From Syntrophales bacterium (GTDB taxonomy: Bacteria; Desulfobacterota; Syntrophia; Syntrophales; UBA2210): a stretch of 64,000 bases of DNA. The first letter of the stretch is position 1, and each line of letters begins with the position of its first letter. The translations under genes and the position numbers were made by a program. Below are positions 19,101-28,119 of the stretch, one piece after another. The notes beneath the pieces are model-generated. The model was not told the origin of the DNA and searched no databases. It saw nothing but the letters and a program-made list of their open reading frames with translations. The stretch spans positions 320,001-384,000 of the forward strand of contig CAXXNF010000001.1 in the NCBI GenBank assembly GCA_963666365.2, written 5' to 3'.

Positions 19101-21727
19101 AGTGAAACCACCAGTTGAACCATGGTCCCGGCCGGCACGTCTTTCACCATGTAGATGCCGTCGGACCCGGTGCCCGTTCCTCCTCCCGTATAGGTGACAG
19201 GATACGCCGTCCCCGTCGGGGCGCCGTCCAGAAATTGCATCGCCGCAATGGTTGCACCGCTGAGGAACGTCGACGGGCTCTCTTCCATAGCCACCCTACC
19301 GACAATCATGCCGGTACCCGCTGTATTGCCAAAGGCATCGTACTGTTCCGTCGTAAAGAGGGCATAGGGGAGAAGGGCCTGGATATCGGCAGTCCAGTTC
19401 ATAAATTTGCTGAGCACGGGCGCATAACCCGCCGGCGGCTGGACATTCAGGAAAAAGGTTGTCGACACCGGTATTTCCGCAATCGTAAAGGCGCCGGTAC
19501 TGCTGTCGGGAACAGCCGTGCCGATAAGGGTCGGCGTCGTACCCGGCTGGAATGCCGAAACAGTAACCCCGGCCACCGCTGCCATATCTGCTGATAACGG
19601 CCAGCTGGGAATGGTCTTTGCCCACCCGTTGAAAGAAATCGTTTCGGCCGTGCCACCGCTATAGGTAAAGCTGCCGTTCGCCATCGACATGTTCCAGACA
19701 CCGTTCTGTTCGACAAAGGAATTGATATTGTAGTCGTAAGTCTTTCCGTTTTCCAATGCAGGGCCGTTATAAGGAACGGCTGTCCGAACAGATGAAAGAT
19801 TGTAGCAATCCCAGATTCTCGTTCCACCTTCGTTGAGTTCCACGCCGTAGCCGCTTGCCCCCTGACAGGCTGTCCAGGAAAAACCGGTCAGGCTCGAAAT
19901 GCTTCCCGAAGGCTGCAGGTTCGTGGCAAACTCGGTGACATAGCCCGTAATGTTTTTCGTCACGGGATCGATGGCATCCCCGCCCGCCTGGGAGGTAAAG
20001 GTAAAGGTGAAAGCGGGCCAGCTTAAATCCGGCGTTGCGCCGATGAGGTACCCTTCCGTGCCGATCCAGCTCCCGCCGTAGGCATCATTCCAGACCAGAT
20101 CAACGCCGGAGCCGACATAGGAAGCCCCCGTCACCCTTACGGCAGAGGCCAGATGAAGGGGATCCTGCACATAGAAGTTCACGTAATAATTGCCGTCGTT
20201 TTGAACGTGTATTGTCTGAACCTGCGCCTGAGGCACCGTCGAGGCAATTTCCTCTTCCATGTAGATAAAAGGAAAGAGATCGGGAAAGCGGAGGAACTGC
20301 CCCTGCTGGGCCGTCAGGGTATAGCCGTTTTCCCCGGTAAGATTCTGCATACCTTCATCGTTGATAGCAACGGATGCGTAAAGGATCGTCCCGTTCTCCA
20401 CGCTCAAGTCGAACATGAGCGTCGTCGCGGCCGGATCGAGACCTGCTCGGACGATAGGTTCCGATTTCCAAATGTCATTGTCCGTATTTTCAATCTTTGC
20501 TTCAATAATCAGTGTCCCCTCGCTATAAAGGGTGCCGTCGTAATACCCCTTAACCCATATAACGCTGATGAACGCCTGGTTATACCCGTCGCCGTCGCGA
20601 GCGAGGCCCATTTCCAGACGGTAGGCCTTCTGGGCGTTCAAGTCGACATTGAAATTGCCCAGTTCGAGGGAATAAAACCAGCTGACCGGATCCGTTCCCG
20701 CAGGCAGGACTTCCGCACTTGCATAGAGCACGGCGATCCCTTCCGATCCTTCAGTGGTGGGATTGATGGTTGCCTTTCCACCTGCCGTATCAAGTGTCAC
20801 AGTGACAGGTGGAATACCCTGGGTCTGTCCCCAAAAATAGGCTGTCCCTGCGGCTTCACCGGTGGGATGCGTGACGACATCGGTCAATGCCGAAAGATTT
20901 ATCGCATTGCTCTCAACCGTCCCTGCCGAAAAATCATAAGAGATCTGACGACCAGAATCGTCCATATAGGAAAGGTGCTTCACATCAACCGCATAGAGGG
21001 CATTCCCTGCCTCGAAGCGTGTCCGCTGGAGGTTCGAGATGCGGAGCTCGTCGATACGGGTGACGACACGGGCGTTGTAATTGACCATCACATTCCCGTT
21101 ATACCCGCTGGCGGGCATGCCGGTATTGGTATCGCCGCCCACCAATTCCCCGTTGATATAGAGTTTTGCACCGGTGCTGCCCCAGGTCGCCGCCACATGG
21201 GTCCAGGCATTCAGAGGCACCGTAGTGGCACCGGAATTCATATTAAAGGCCGCCCAGGCCCCCGCCTGGAGTTGCCCGGTTGCACTCACGCCCATACCGA
21301 AGGTCCACCCGGCACATGATCCGGGGTAAGGCCCCTGCGCCACGAGAGACATTCCCGTTCCGTAGGATGTCAGATAGATCCAGAACTCTATCGTCCCGTT
21401 GGCTTGGCTCAGGAGCTGACCGCCGGGATAGCGCAGATATGTTGACGATCCCTCCGGCTCTCCCTCCGGGGGATTCAGGCTGATGGCCTGTCCCAGACCG
21501 ACCGGACCCGCCACATAGGCCGAACTCGGGGTTGCCAAAGGCTTTGCAGTCCCGCAGGCCGCACCGGTTTCACTATAGGCGAGAATACTCGCGTTCGTCG
21601 CCCCGTCAAGATGGTCTATAAGAACGGTATTGCTATCGGGCTCGTACGGTACGAACCCACAGACAAACAAGAAGGAACACATCGTCAGCAGTAATATGAT
21701 ACATCTGTCCCACTGTTTTTTATTCAT
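13106..21727 (-). CDS. Giant (~2870 aa) secreted surface protein: LamG-like, Ig/carboxypeptidase-regulatory-like repeats, BACON domain, C-terminal dockerin-like domain
   Basis: Hydrophobic N-terminus; LamG GTIEFW...WTHVAATW...KLYING...IDELRIS; BACON WTAVSNESWI...NTGEARTGTMTIAG...VNQ; C-terminal GDLNGD..DLADAILAL...ADVNGNGKIGLAEAVYILQ; start at MNKKQ chosen by RBS. Confidence 0.85.
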   Translation of the reverse strand: MNKKQWDRCIILLLTMCSFLFVCGFVPYEPDSNTVLIDHLDGATNASILAYSETGAACGTAKPLATPSSAYVAGPVGLGQAISLNPPEGEPEGSSTYLRYPGGQLLSQANGTIEFWIYLTSYGTGMSLVAQGPYPGSCAGWTFGMGVSATGQLQAGAWAAFNMNSGATTVPLNAWTHVAATWGSTGAKLYINGELVGGDTNTGMPASGYNGNVMVNYNARVVTRIDELRISNLQRTRFEAGNALYAVDVKHLSYMDDSGRQISYDFSAGTVESNAINLSALTDVVTHPTGEAAGTAYFWGQTQGIPPVTVTLDTAGGKATINPTTEGSEGIAVLYASAEVLPAGTDPVSWFYSLELGNFNVDLNAQKAYRLEMGLARDGDGYNQAFISVIWVKGYYDGTLYSEGTLIIEAKIENTDNDIWKSEPIVRAGLDPAATTLMFDLSVENGTILYASVAINDEGMQNLTGENGYTLTAQQGQFLRFPDLFPFIYMEEEIASTVPQAQVQTIHVQNDGNYYVNFYVQDPLHLASAVRVTGASYVGSGVDLVWNDAYGGSWIGTEGYLIGATPDLSWPAFTFTFTSQAGGDAIDPVTKNITGYVTEFATNLQPSGSISSLTGFSWTACQGASGYGVELNEGGTRIWDCYNLSSVRTAVPYNGPALENGKTYDYNINSFVEQNGVWNMSMANGSFTYSGGTAETISFNGWAKTIPSWPLSADMAAVAGVTVSAFQPGTTPTLIGTAVPDSSTGAFTIAEIPVSTTFFLNVQPPAGYAPVLSKFMNWTADIQALLPYALFTTEQYDAFGNTAGTGMIVGRVAMEESPSTFLSGATIAAMQFLDGAPTGTAYPVTYTGGGTGTGSDGIYMVKDVPAGTMVQLVVSLSGYGFDFNGAVVPAQAGFISEESFFGRPAQSQSPFTVYSYHAGTNYYINMFVNDSTHAFTGVTVNGPGLAGELLLGYITERGRWEIYAAIDLGTTPPTEALTYAFTAETGGTPVVVSKTVSVYVAEFATDLEPAGDVTTANPTFSWTGITGATGYEIFLEDMTAGSWLWSGPEMEAGQTSIVYDGPALVAGHTYRYTVISLIETDGNPNSSFAESEFTFTGAAPTITTFTSEAAFTAAVIPMKLINFEDRDASAGRISFAGNEYAGEGITFSTPNSQPMWIYPPTSGYWNSNHLSPGEAPYESGDANEDSLTLIFNPAVNAIGWTFIDYGGTGGERIRVYGEDNSLIYENTDLSVIAGGGVGQGNNPFWGLASPNMPIARVEIVEAANDGDDVAYDNFRFSPVGQSITTTPIAGAIKDSAGTTGIDGVTVEQVGAEPANSTMSSGGGLYNLAVPSGVPFYLKFSKADYVPTYSAMISVSGGAAVELGDFTLFPLGQLDTWNVTFGQGIIRARIKDEAGNYVGGATVTAFSRKYSSNSSYQICYNDACTLDSTDGATGRFIVKNVDPGDTITVTAEKEGWTFKQRVYTIAADAIHQGGITGSPILSATGQTFDTAEAGTGSVTVSVQADVSWTAVSNESWIHITSGAAGKGSGSVSYTLDANTGEARTGTMTIAGETFTVNQAGAGSSTVTVSGFVRDWNGAVIAAPGVTVSLAGNASTSTTSSTTDGTFSLAGVPANTPFALKFSRTGYMDLYSVDITLTADTYINGDAYGGYSPFTMFTSGNLEAMGVMPDEGKSLIAGRVSDLTYRYAGTVGGAVVTATSELHPAVPYSVVYRDPFGVLGGGATWGNGRFYVLNVDDGDRVTVNAFRNGWSFGIRTFGAVGDAVTEGRIWGVAPGYDASISGSVRTFAGAGVPGATLALHGDPGKFTTTAGDGSYSFGGLPRDAYLYVKVTASGYVPVFAGPANLPGGVSGVNLFMATAAEMTGFGVTGGNGLLGCTVMNQSMNPLSGATVTLTSRSGTAYSVLYEGGGSTTSASGRFLVPNVAPGDVVKIETTASGYAFNPVYLDGFGGAVTEKMILETGQAPYSVDVKHLSYSDDSGRQVSYDFSAGTVANDAINLSSLADVVTQPTGESTATTYFWGQAPGLPPANVTLDTEGGKATIKPAVEGAEGVTVLYSSPEALPAGADPASWFYSLELANFNIDLNAQKAYRLEMGLGSDSDGYNEAHITVTWVKGYCDGVLYADNTLIIQGEIQNSGNQIWGSDPIVRTGLDPTTTTLMFDLSVENGNTLYASVAINGEGMQNLTGETGQTLAEGQFLRFPDLFPFIYMEEKIASTVPQAQVQTMHFQSDGKYYVSFYVQDPLHMASAVRVTGPSYVGSGIDLIWNEEGRNWYSQGCLIGATPDLSWPAFTFTFTPQTGGDAIDPVTKNIAGYVSEFATNLQPLGSISSLTDFSWTGISGASGYGVELNDGSGTRVWNSYNIPGTQTSVSYDGPALIHGMTYTYMISTGIEQNGAWNMSFASGSFTYTGSASTVAVSGFVRDWNGAVIAAPGVTVSLAGNASTSTTSSTTDGTFSLAGVPANAPFALKFSRTGYMDLYSVDITLTADTYINGDAYGGSSPFTMFTSGNLEAMGVMPDEGKSLIAGRVSDLTYRYAGTVGGAVVTATSELHPAVPYSVVYRDPFGVLGGNATYGNGHFYVLNVDAGDRLTITAARDGWSFWTRTFRGEESAVTQGRIWGTAPGYDASISGSVRTFAGAGISGATLALHGDPGKFTTTAGGGSYSFGGLPRDACLYVKVTASGYVPVFAGPANLPGGVSGVNLFMATAAEMTGFGVTGSNGLLGCTVMDQSMNPLSGATVTLTSRSGTAYSVLYEGGGSTTSASGRFLVPNVAPGDVVGIEVMKSGYVFDPVYLNGFGGAITEKMILAKESAVLKGDLNGDSVVDLADAILALKVMAGVPSEWIRPDYVTSGADVNGNGKIGLAEAVYILQKIASLRP
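13322..14505 (-). repeat. Intragenic repeat B, copy 2 (~1.18 kb; near-identical to 15860-17043)
   Basis: Both copies encode VSGFVRDWNGAVIAAPG...TEKMIL with long identical DNA runs. Confidence 0.93.
14515..15840 (-). repeat. Intragenic repeat A, copy 2 (diverged copy of ~19660-20990)
   Basis: Both copies encode VDVKHLSY.DDSGRQ.SYDFSAGTV...FLRFPDLFPFIYMEE...WNMS.A.GSFTY. Confidence 0.9.
15860..17043 (-). repeat. Intragenic repeat B, copy 1
   Basis: Direct comparison with 13322-14505. Confidence 0.93.
19660..20990 (-). repeat. Intragenic repeat A, copy 1
   Basis: Direct comparison with 14515-15840. Confidence 0.9.
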
Positions 21728-21943
21728 GACTCCCCCCATTTCAATACTCCTCTGCTTTGTCTCTGGAATTTTAAAGAGATAAACCCCCAAACCCCTATAT
21801 TAAGAGCCCGTGGTTTATATATGAACATGATTGATAACCTCTTGTAATTTAGTATTATATCACTGGTCCATGAAATAGCAACACGAATATTGCAGACAGG
21901 ACCGAGGACATTGTGAGCAGCGACACATCCCCCACCCCATAAA

Positions 21944-24151
21944 ATGCTGGCAAAAAGACAAAAACATCGGTACAAAGTTACTTTACGAAACCATATCAAG
22001 GGATGCCGTTTGATGAGAACCGACACTTCAACTCCCGCGAGTACCGACTCCTCCGACTATGCTATGCAGAAAAATAACCTGCGCAACAAGCTGACAATAA
22101 TAATTGCGATTGTACTCGTCATACCCTTTCTCATTTCAAGCTACATGTTTTTCATCCGCAGCGATCATTTCGATTCTTCCCAGGGATTTATTTTTGCGCT
22201 TACTCTCATAGTGGGACTGGGCGGCATCAAATTGATCCGCTACATATTCGATGAGGTGTCTTCCACCACCGAACACCTTAAGAACGCCGCATCAACCGGC
22301 GGGAAAATACCCATCGAGTTCCATCATGAAATATCCGAGATGAGGCAAATTTCATTCTCCTTCAACCGTGTAATGGATCGATTGGAACATGTCACGCATT
22401 CTCTTGACAGGCGGATACTGGAATTGAAGTCCATCAGGGAAATGACGGAATTTGCCGGCCGCACGCTTAACAGAGAAGCGCTGTTTCGCCTTCTCCTGGA
22501 CAAGGCCATGATCGTCACGGATGCCTGCGCGGGAGCGGTTTTTTTCTTCGATTCCGAGCACAATCAATTTCAACCGATTGCCGCAGGAGGCTTGAAAGAC
22601 TACGCCCGGAAATGCGCCTTTGATGTCTATGAGCCCATGATGAAACAGGTCGTTTTCAACAAGACCCCCCTCATAGCCCACGACATCACAGTGAATCCTG
22701 CGGAAGGCGATCCTGTCCAGCATCCCGGCGCCATACCGTCCTTCCTCTGCATGCCGATCTTCAGGGGATCGCAGATACATGCAGTTTTAAGTCTATTTCG
22801 CGAAGATGCTGCTCACCTCTTCGACAGCAGCGACGAAGAGGTACTGTCGATCATGCTCAATGAGATCGGTTTCGCCTTGGATAACGCACACCTGCATGGC
22901 GAACTTCAAAAGAGGCTGGAGGAACTCGAAGAGAGAAATGTCTCCCTGCAGAGGGAGCAGATGGAGCGGATACAATTGGAGGAACGGCTCCATCGAGCCG
23001 AGAAGATGGAAGTCATAGGAACAATGGCGGGAGGGATCGCCCACGACTTGAACAACGTACTGGGCGTGCTGGTAGGATATTCCGAACTGTTACTGGAAAA
23101 CGTTTCCGAGGATGATGAATTGAAAACATACGCCGGCAACATTCTCACCTCGGGACAAAAAGGCGCCGCCATAATTCAGGATCTTTTAACGCTTGCCCGA
23201 CGGGGGCTTTCCATTTCCAAGGTCGTCAATCTGAACGACCTGGTTTCAGACTATATCCGTACGCCGGAATTTGCAACATTAAAGACCTTTCATTCCCAGG
23301 TGGACTTTGAGCTCAATCTCGCCCCTCATCTCACAGGCATCAAGGGCTCACCGGTGCATCTCGGTAAAACAATCACGAATCTCATCACCAATGCAGCCGA
23401 ATCCATAGAGGACAGGGGAAGGGTGATCATATCAACGGAAAATTGCTATCTTGAGCAACCGCTCAGGGGGTATGACGATATTTGTGAAGGCGAGTATGCA
23501 GTCCTTAAAATATCGGATACGGGAACAGGGATACCGAAGGGAAACCTCGACAAAATATTCGAGCCGTTTTTTACGAAAAAAGTCATGGGCAGAAGCGGGA
23601 CGGGCCTGGGACTGGCCGTGGTCTGGGGCGCCGTCAAGGACCATCACGGATATATCGACGTAACAAGCGAAGTGGGCTCGGGAAGCACATTTACCCTCTA
23701 CTTCCCCGTCACCACAGAAGATATTGAAAAAGAGCAGGCGCCGATCGTAAGGGAATCATACCAGGGAAAAGGAGAGTTAATACTGGTGGTTGACGATGTG
23801 CCTGAACAGAGAGAGCTTGCCTTTGAGATGCTCAGCCGGCTCGGCTACAGGGTTGCAACGGTTCCCGGCGGTGAAGAAGCCGTGAAATACATCAAAGAGA
23901 ACCGGGTGGATCTCGTCGTCCTGGATATGATTATGGACCCCGGGATCGACGGACTCGAAACGTATCGAAGAATTCTCGAAATAAATCCCCATCAGAAGGC
24001 CACCATCGTCAGCGGATTTTCCGAAACCGATCGTGTCAGAGATGCGCAAAAGCTGGGCGCCGGCGCCTATGTCAGAAAACCCTATACCATGGAAAAAATC
24101 GGCCCGGCGATCAGAAGGGATCTGGAAGGATCTCCGTCTGGAGACAATTAA
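21944..24151 (+). CDS. Hybrid sensor histidine kinase (2 TM, GAF, HisKA, HATPase, receiver); true start probably 22013 or 22064
   Basis: GGIAHDLNN H-box, NLITNA, DTGTG, FEPFFT, GTGLGL; receiver LVVDD...LDMIM...KP. Confidence 0.92.
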   Translation: MLAKRQKHRYKVTLRNHIKGCRLMRTDTSTPASTDSSDYAMQKNNLRNKLTIIIAIVLVIPFLISSYMFFIRSDHFDSSQGFIFALTLIVGLGGIKLIRYIFDEVSSTTEHLKNAASTGGKIPIEFHHEISEMRQISFSFNRVMDRLEHVTHSLDRRILELKSIREMTEFAGRTLNREALFRLLLDKAMIVTDACAGAVFFFDSEHNQFQPIAAGGLKDYARKCAFDVYEPMMKQVVFNKTPLIAHDITVNPAEGDPVQHPGAIPSFLCMPIFRGSQIHAVLSLFREDAAHLFDSSDEEVLSIMLNEIGFALDNAHLHGELQKRLEELEERNVSLQREQMERIQLEERLHRAEKMEVIGTMAGGIAHDLNNVLGVLVGYSELLLENVSEDDELKTYAGNILTSGQKGAAIIQDLLTLARRGLSISKVVNLNDLVSDYIRTPEFATLKTFHSQVDFELNLAPHLTGIKGSPVHLGKTITNLITNAAESIEDRGRVIISTENCYLEQPLRGYDDICEGEYAVLKISDTGTGIPKGNLDKIFEPFFTKKVMGRSGTGLGLAVVWGAVKDHHGYIDVTSEVGSGSTFTLYFPVTTEDIEKEQAPIVRESYQGKGELILVVDDVPEQRELAFEMLSRLGYRVATVPGGEEAVKYIKENRVDLVVLDMIMDPGIDGLETYRRILEINPHQKATIVSGFSETDRVRDAQKLGAGAYVRKPYTMEKIGPAIRRDLEGSPSGDN

Positions 24152-24326
24152 GGCATTATTTAATTATACCAGCCCGATACGAGCCAATTTCTCAAAATTT
24201 AATTGACAAACCAATTGTGAGGTGTTTTGCTTCCCCTATATGCAGAACCACGCTGCTACACCCGGCGGCGCAATGTAAGTACCAATAATAACTTTAATTG
24301 CTGCGTTCATCTCCCTCAAAAATACC

Positions 24327-25091
24327 ATGAATCCACAGGGCCAAGATTCAGGCAATCAGGTATTTCGAACCCATGGACCGGTCTGGGGCATACTGCTCGT
24401 GGGCGCACTTGCCGGCATTGTCGCGATCATTTTCATCTTTCACTTTCATATCCCGTCGGCCCAGGAGGATGAACGTACATCCACGGCGCACCACAGACAG
24501 CAGGTTGGACGCCGCCATGAGATCAGGGGGGTGAATTTTAACGCCGTCACGGAGGGCAGAAAGCACATCTCATTACAGGCGGACAGACTGTGCATTGAAA
24601 AAAAGAAGATCGGTTTTTTCAGGTGCGGGCTGATAAATAAGGCCACATTGGAAAATGCGATCATTCATATTTACGGAAGCAGGGAGGCAGAAAACGGGGC
24701 CCATCGGGCAGGGACCGGTGACCGGACATTGACATTCAGGGATGCATTTTCAACAGATGGGCTCCCGTCTTTTCACACAAAAAAGATTGCATCTATTGTC
24801 ATGAAACCGGTTTCGGTGGAGCTTCATGATGAAAAGACTTCGGTAACCAGCATATCGGCGGATTCAGCGGAGATAGATTTTGACAGACGCTGCATTCTCT
24901 TTCAGGGCGCAGTCAGGATGGCCTCCGGCAACAGAACCCTTGTGACCAGTCGGCTCAATCTGTTCACCGATCCCGCCGAAATACGATGCGAGCGCCATTT
25001 CACTCTCACCACGCCGGAACGACGCCTCGAAGGAGAGCGACTCATCTCGGATATATTCCTGAGACCGGCTTTTTCGGACACAAAAAGTTAA
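24327..25091 (+). CDS. Membrane-anchored hypothetical protein with weak LptC/OstA-like beta-rich region
   Basis: One N-terminal TM helix; ISADSAEIDFDRRCILFQGAVRM...TLVTSRL pattern resembles an Lpt beta-jellyroll. Confidence 0.5.
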   Translation: MNPQGQDSGNQVFRTHGPVWGILLVGALAGIVAIIFIFHFHIPSAQEDERTSTAHHRQQVGRRHEIRGVNFNAVTEGRKHISLQADRLCIEKKKIGFFRCGLINKATLENAIIHIYGSREAENGAHRAGTGDRTLTFRDAFSTDGLPSFHTKKIASIVMKPVSVELHDEKTSVTSISADSAEIDFDRRCILFQGAVRMASGNRTLVTSRLNLFTDPAEIRCERHFTLTTPERRLEGERLISDIFLRPAFSDTKS

Positions 25092-25112
25092 CAATCCTTG
25101 GGAGGACGACCG

Positions 25113-28100
25113 ATGAAGATAAAAATATTTATTCTTTCCAGCATTCTATATGTGTCATGTTGTCTGACGGGATTCATGCTGCCGGCTCATGCGTCCGTTG
25201 ACGAGGGTCGCGCCCTGCTGTTCAACGGAGGCAATCCGACCTATTCCGGTATCCAGGCGGCACATGTGCAATTCAAGGCGGCAGTTGAAGCGAATCCCAC
25301 AGATCCGCAGGCCAACCTCTTCTATGGGGTGACGCGTGTGCTTGTCTCTGTGCTGGAACAGGGAAGCGGCGGCGGATATGAAACAATGGGGGACCTGCTC
25401 AAGGCCTTCGGCGTCACGCGCAACACTGTGGATGCCGTGGATGACGGGTCGCCCTTTGACGACCCCCCGCATATATACGATCACTATGCTCCCCCTGAGG
25501 AAATGCCCGGCGGCGAGGACCTGAGGGCATTTCTGGCAGGTCCCTTTGCAGCCCTCCTCGACGGTGCAATTGCCAATCTCGACAAAGTCGGAAGCGCCTT
25601 CACCACGGTTCTCAAGACCGAGGAAACCGGGGATGACGCCGTTGAGATAGACTTCGGCGATGTGTTGCTTCTGAAGTCATCCCTCCATATGCTGAAAGCC
25701 ATCATCCTCATCAGCGCCGCCTATAACCTGGATGTTGATCTTCGTGAACTGGCGATTCTGGGGAATGCCGGCGTTATCCAGTTTCACCGGGATCTTCTCG
25801 ATAAATATCCCGATTTATTGCGCCTGCGCACCACAGACGGCATTGCCTTACTCGCCGGTGCAAAACAGGCCCTTCTTGCCGGCATCGACGCCTTCGGGGC
25901 CGCCTTCGACTGTATCACCGCCGAATCGGACCCGCAGGAGGACGACCTCTTTTACTTCGATTCGGAAGGCAAACGAGAGGCACAGTTTTTTCTCACAGAG
26001 CTGACCGAGCTGAAAAACTCACTGACCGGCAATCGGGTCGCGGCATTTACCACCATCCTTGAAACGTGGCGATTGACCGATACCGCGACGGGCAATCGGC
26101 TTCACACTGAGATTGAAAAAGATGTCAATGGAGAATTTGTAGGCGGCGATTACTGGGGAATGAACGGCTGCACCTTTATCAGCTGCAGCGGCTGGATCGA
26201 AGACATCGCCGTCTCGGGAACTTCCATTACGATCGAAGTTGCCTATGGCGGCTTTTTCTCCGGTTCTGCAATATTTACGGGGACATTCATCGATGGAACC
26301 CAGATATCGGGCACATATACGGAGTATGACGGCATCGGCTCTCCCATCGGCAGCAGCTCCTTCACGGGTGAACGCATTGGAAGTGAGCAGGAGACAATTC
26401 AAATCGATTTCAATCGTGTGTTCGGGAACACAGGCAAATATCCCCTTGACATCAGGGCGGTTATGCCGGAGTTCGACCAGTGGGGAGAGGGCGAACCGGT
26501 GGCGGGGACCTTTCCTCCCATCGACGACTCATCCCCCGTCCTGAACGGCATATTCCCCGATATTCAGACAAACGACGATCTTACAGTGGAATTCGAACTG
26601 CAGCCCGCCGGCGAATTCCTTATCCCTGGCGCGTCGATCAACGTACAGGATAACACGGTCAATGACTGGGCCGGAATGACTCCGGCATTCGTCGATATCA
26701 CCGGCGATGACGAAGGCGAATTCAGCGGCGGCGACATCGCCGCGCTCTACCTGGCGCAGGATGCAGACTACCTCTATGTGCGCATGACGCTTACGGAACC
26801 CCCCAATACAACGGCGCCCGACGTCTTTGGCGGGAGCATGCACTATTTTGTTCAATTGGCCGCATCCAGATATGCTTCAGACTGGAGTGACCGGTATTTC
26901 GGCGTGAAATACAACTCAGGCAATTGGGAAGTCTTTGTCCATCAGTATGGAGGATCTTATGTGATCGGATCCCATCCCACAGGATTCGCCCAGGCGGTGG
27001 GAAATGATCTCGAATGGAAGGTGCCGCTGAGTGAACTGGACACGCCCTTTACGGGGTATTACCTGAACACGTGGAGTCATTGGACGCCCGGCCCTTATGA
27101 CTGCTCGGACAGCAATCAGACGGGACTTCGCGTGGGTCCCCTGGCATCCATCTCCGGAACGGTCTCCTGCAACGCCTGCAACGGTTCGGGCAACATTTTT
27201 GTCTGGGCCTGCGATGGCCCCAATTTGCGCCATGCACAGCAGGTCGGAAGCGCGGTGGTCGATTCTCAGGGAAACTACCGTATCGAGAACCTTCCCGCAG
27301 GGGCGAGCGTCTATCTCTTCGGCCGATGGGATGCAGACAATAACGGAATCAGGACATTCGGGGACTATGTCGGCAGACACATCACCGCCGTGACCGTGGC
27401 GGAAGGCGGAACGGGCGGGGTCGATTTTTCGCTCGATACCGAGATCGATAATTCCTTTATCATGACAAAGCCGGGACGGTACAGGGTGTTCGGCAGCACT
27501 ACCTATACAATTCCTCCATACTACTATGGTTCCTGGGATCCGAATGAGGTTGACTGGGGCAGCGGGTGGACCTTCATCGGCGAATCGAACAAGACGGCAA
27601 TTTTCAATACGACCCACTATTACAAAACCATTCTGATTATCTGGGGGGAAGCGTCGATCTTTAATTTCGATGCCTTCGAAGACCTGACGGCGGGTACCGC
27701 CTTTGCCGTCAATGCCGACGGAACACCATGCGGGTACAGCTGGCAAAGCTCCGGTCTGAAAAATTCCGATACGGAGCAACGGACAGAGCCTTCTTATTTC
27801 AAAGGCCATCCGGACGGGTTATATGCCCGGACTGAGGATTGGTGTGGGTTCAGTCTCTTTACCATGCCCGATGACGATATTGACAACAACGCACCGAGGA
27901 AACTGAAAATAACGCTCCTGTCCGACCTCACAGGTGATATTGACGGGGACATGATACTCAATCTGTCCGATGCCATTCTTGTGTTGAAGTTGGCTGCCGG
28001 TCTTGGCCCCGACGTCGTTAATGTGAATGCCGATGTAAATAAGGACGGCAAGATCGGATTGGCTGAGGTTGTGTACCTCCTTCAGCACGTTGCCGGATTG

Positions 28101-28118
28101 AGGATGGATGAGGATTAA
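25113..28118 (+). CDS. Large secreted multidomain protein with C-terminal dockerin-like domain
   Basis: Signal peptide MKIKIF...AHA; RBS ggagg; C-terminal GDIDGD..LNLSDAILVL...ADVNKDGKIGLAEVVYLLQ. Confidence 0.82.
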   Translation: MKIKIFILSSILYVSCCLTGFMLPAHASVDEGRALLFNGGNPTYSGIQAAHVQFKAAVEANPTDPQANLFYGVTRVLVSVLEQGSGGGYETMGDLLKAFGVTRNTVDAVDDGSPFDDPPHIYDHYAPPEEMPGGEDLRAFLAGPFAALLDGAIANLDKVGSAFTTVLKTEETGDDAVEIDFGDVLLLKSSLHMLKAIILISAAYNLDVDLRELAILGNAGVIQFHRDLLDKYPDLLRLRTTDGIALLAGAKQALLAGIDAFGAAFDCITAESDPQEDDLFYFDSEGKREAQFFLTELTELKNSLTGNRVAAFTTILETWRLTDTATGNRLHTEIEKDVNGEFVGGDYWGMNGCTFISCSGWIEDIAVSGTSITIEVAYGGFFSGSAIFTGTFIDGTQISGTYTEYDGIGSPIGSSSFTGERIGSEQETIQIDFNRVFGNTGKYPLDIRAVMPEFDQWGEGEPVAGTFPPIDDSSPVLNGIFPDIQTNDDLTVEFELQPAGEFLIPGASINVQDNTVNDWAGMTPAFVDITGDDEGEFSGGDIAALYLAQDADYLYVRMTLTEPPNTTAPDVFGGSMHYFVQLAASRYASDWSDRYFGVKYNSGNWEVFVHQYGGSYVIGSHPTGFAQAVGNDLEWKVPLSELDTPFTGYYLNTWSHWTPGPYDCSDSNQTGLRVGPLASISGTVSCNACNGSGNIFVWACDGPNLRHAQQVGSAVVDSQGNYRIENLPAGASVYLFGRWDADNNGIRTFGDYVGRHITAVTVAEGGTGGVDFSLDTEIDNSFIMTKPGRYRVFGSTTYTIPPYYYGSWDPNEVDWGSGWTFIGESNKTAIFNTTHYYKTILIIWGEASIFNFDAFEDLTAGTAFAVNADGTPCGYSWQSSGLKNSDTEQRTEPSYFKGHPDGLYARTEDWCGFSLFTMPDDDIDNNAPRKLKITLLSDLTGDIDGDMILNLSDAILVLKLAAGLGPDVVNVNADVNKDGKIGLAEVVYLLQHVAGLRMDED

Positions 28119-28119
28119 C

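Noticed and set aside
13106..28118. Cellulosome
   Set aside because: No glycoside hydrolase catalytic domains or cohesins recognised.
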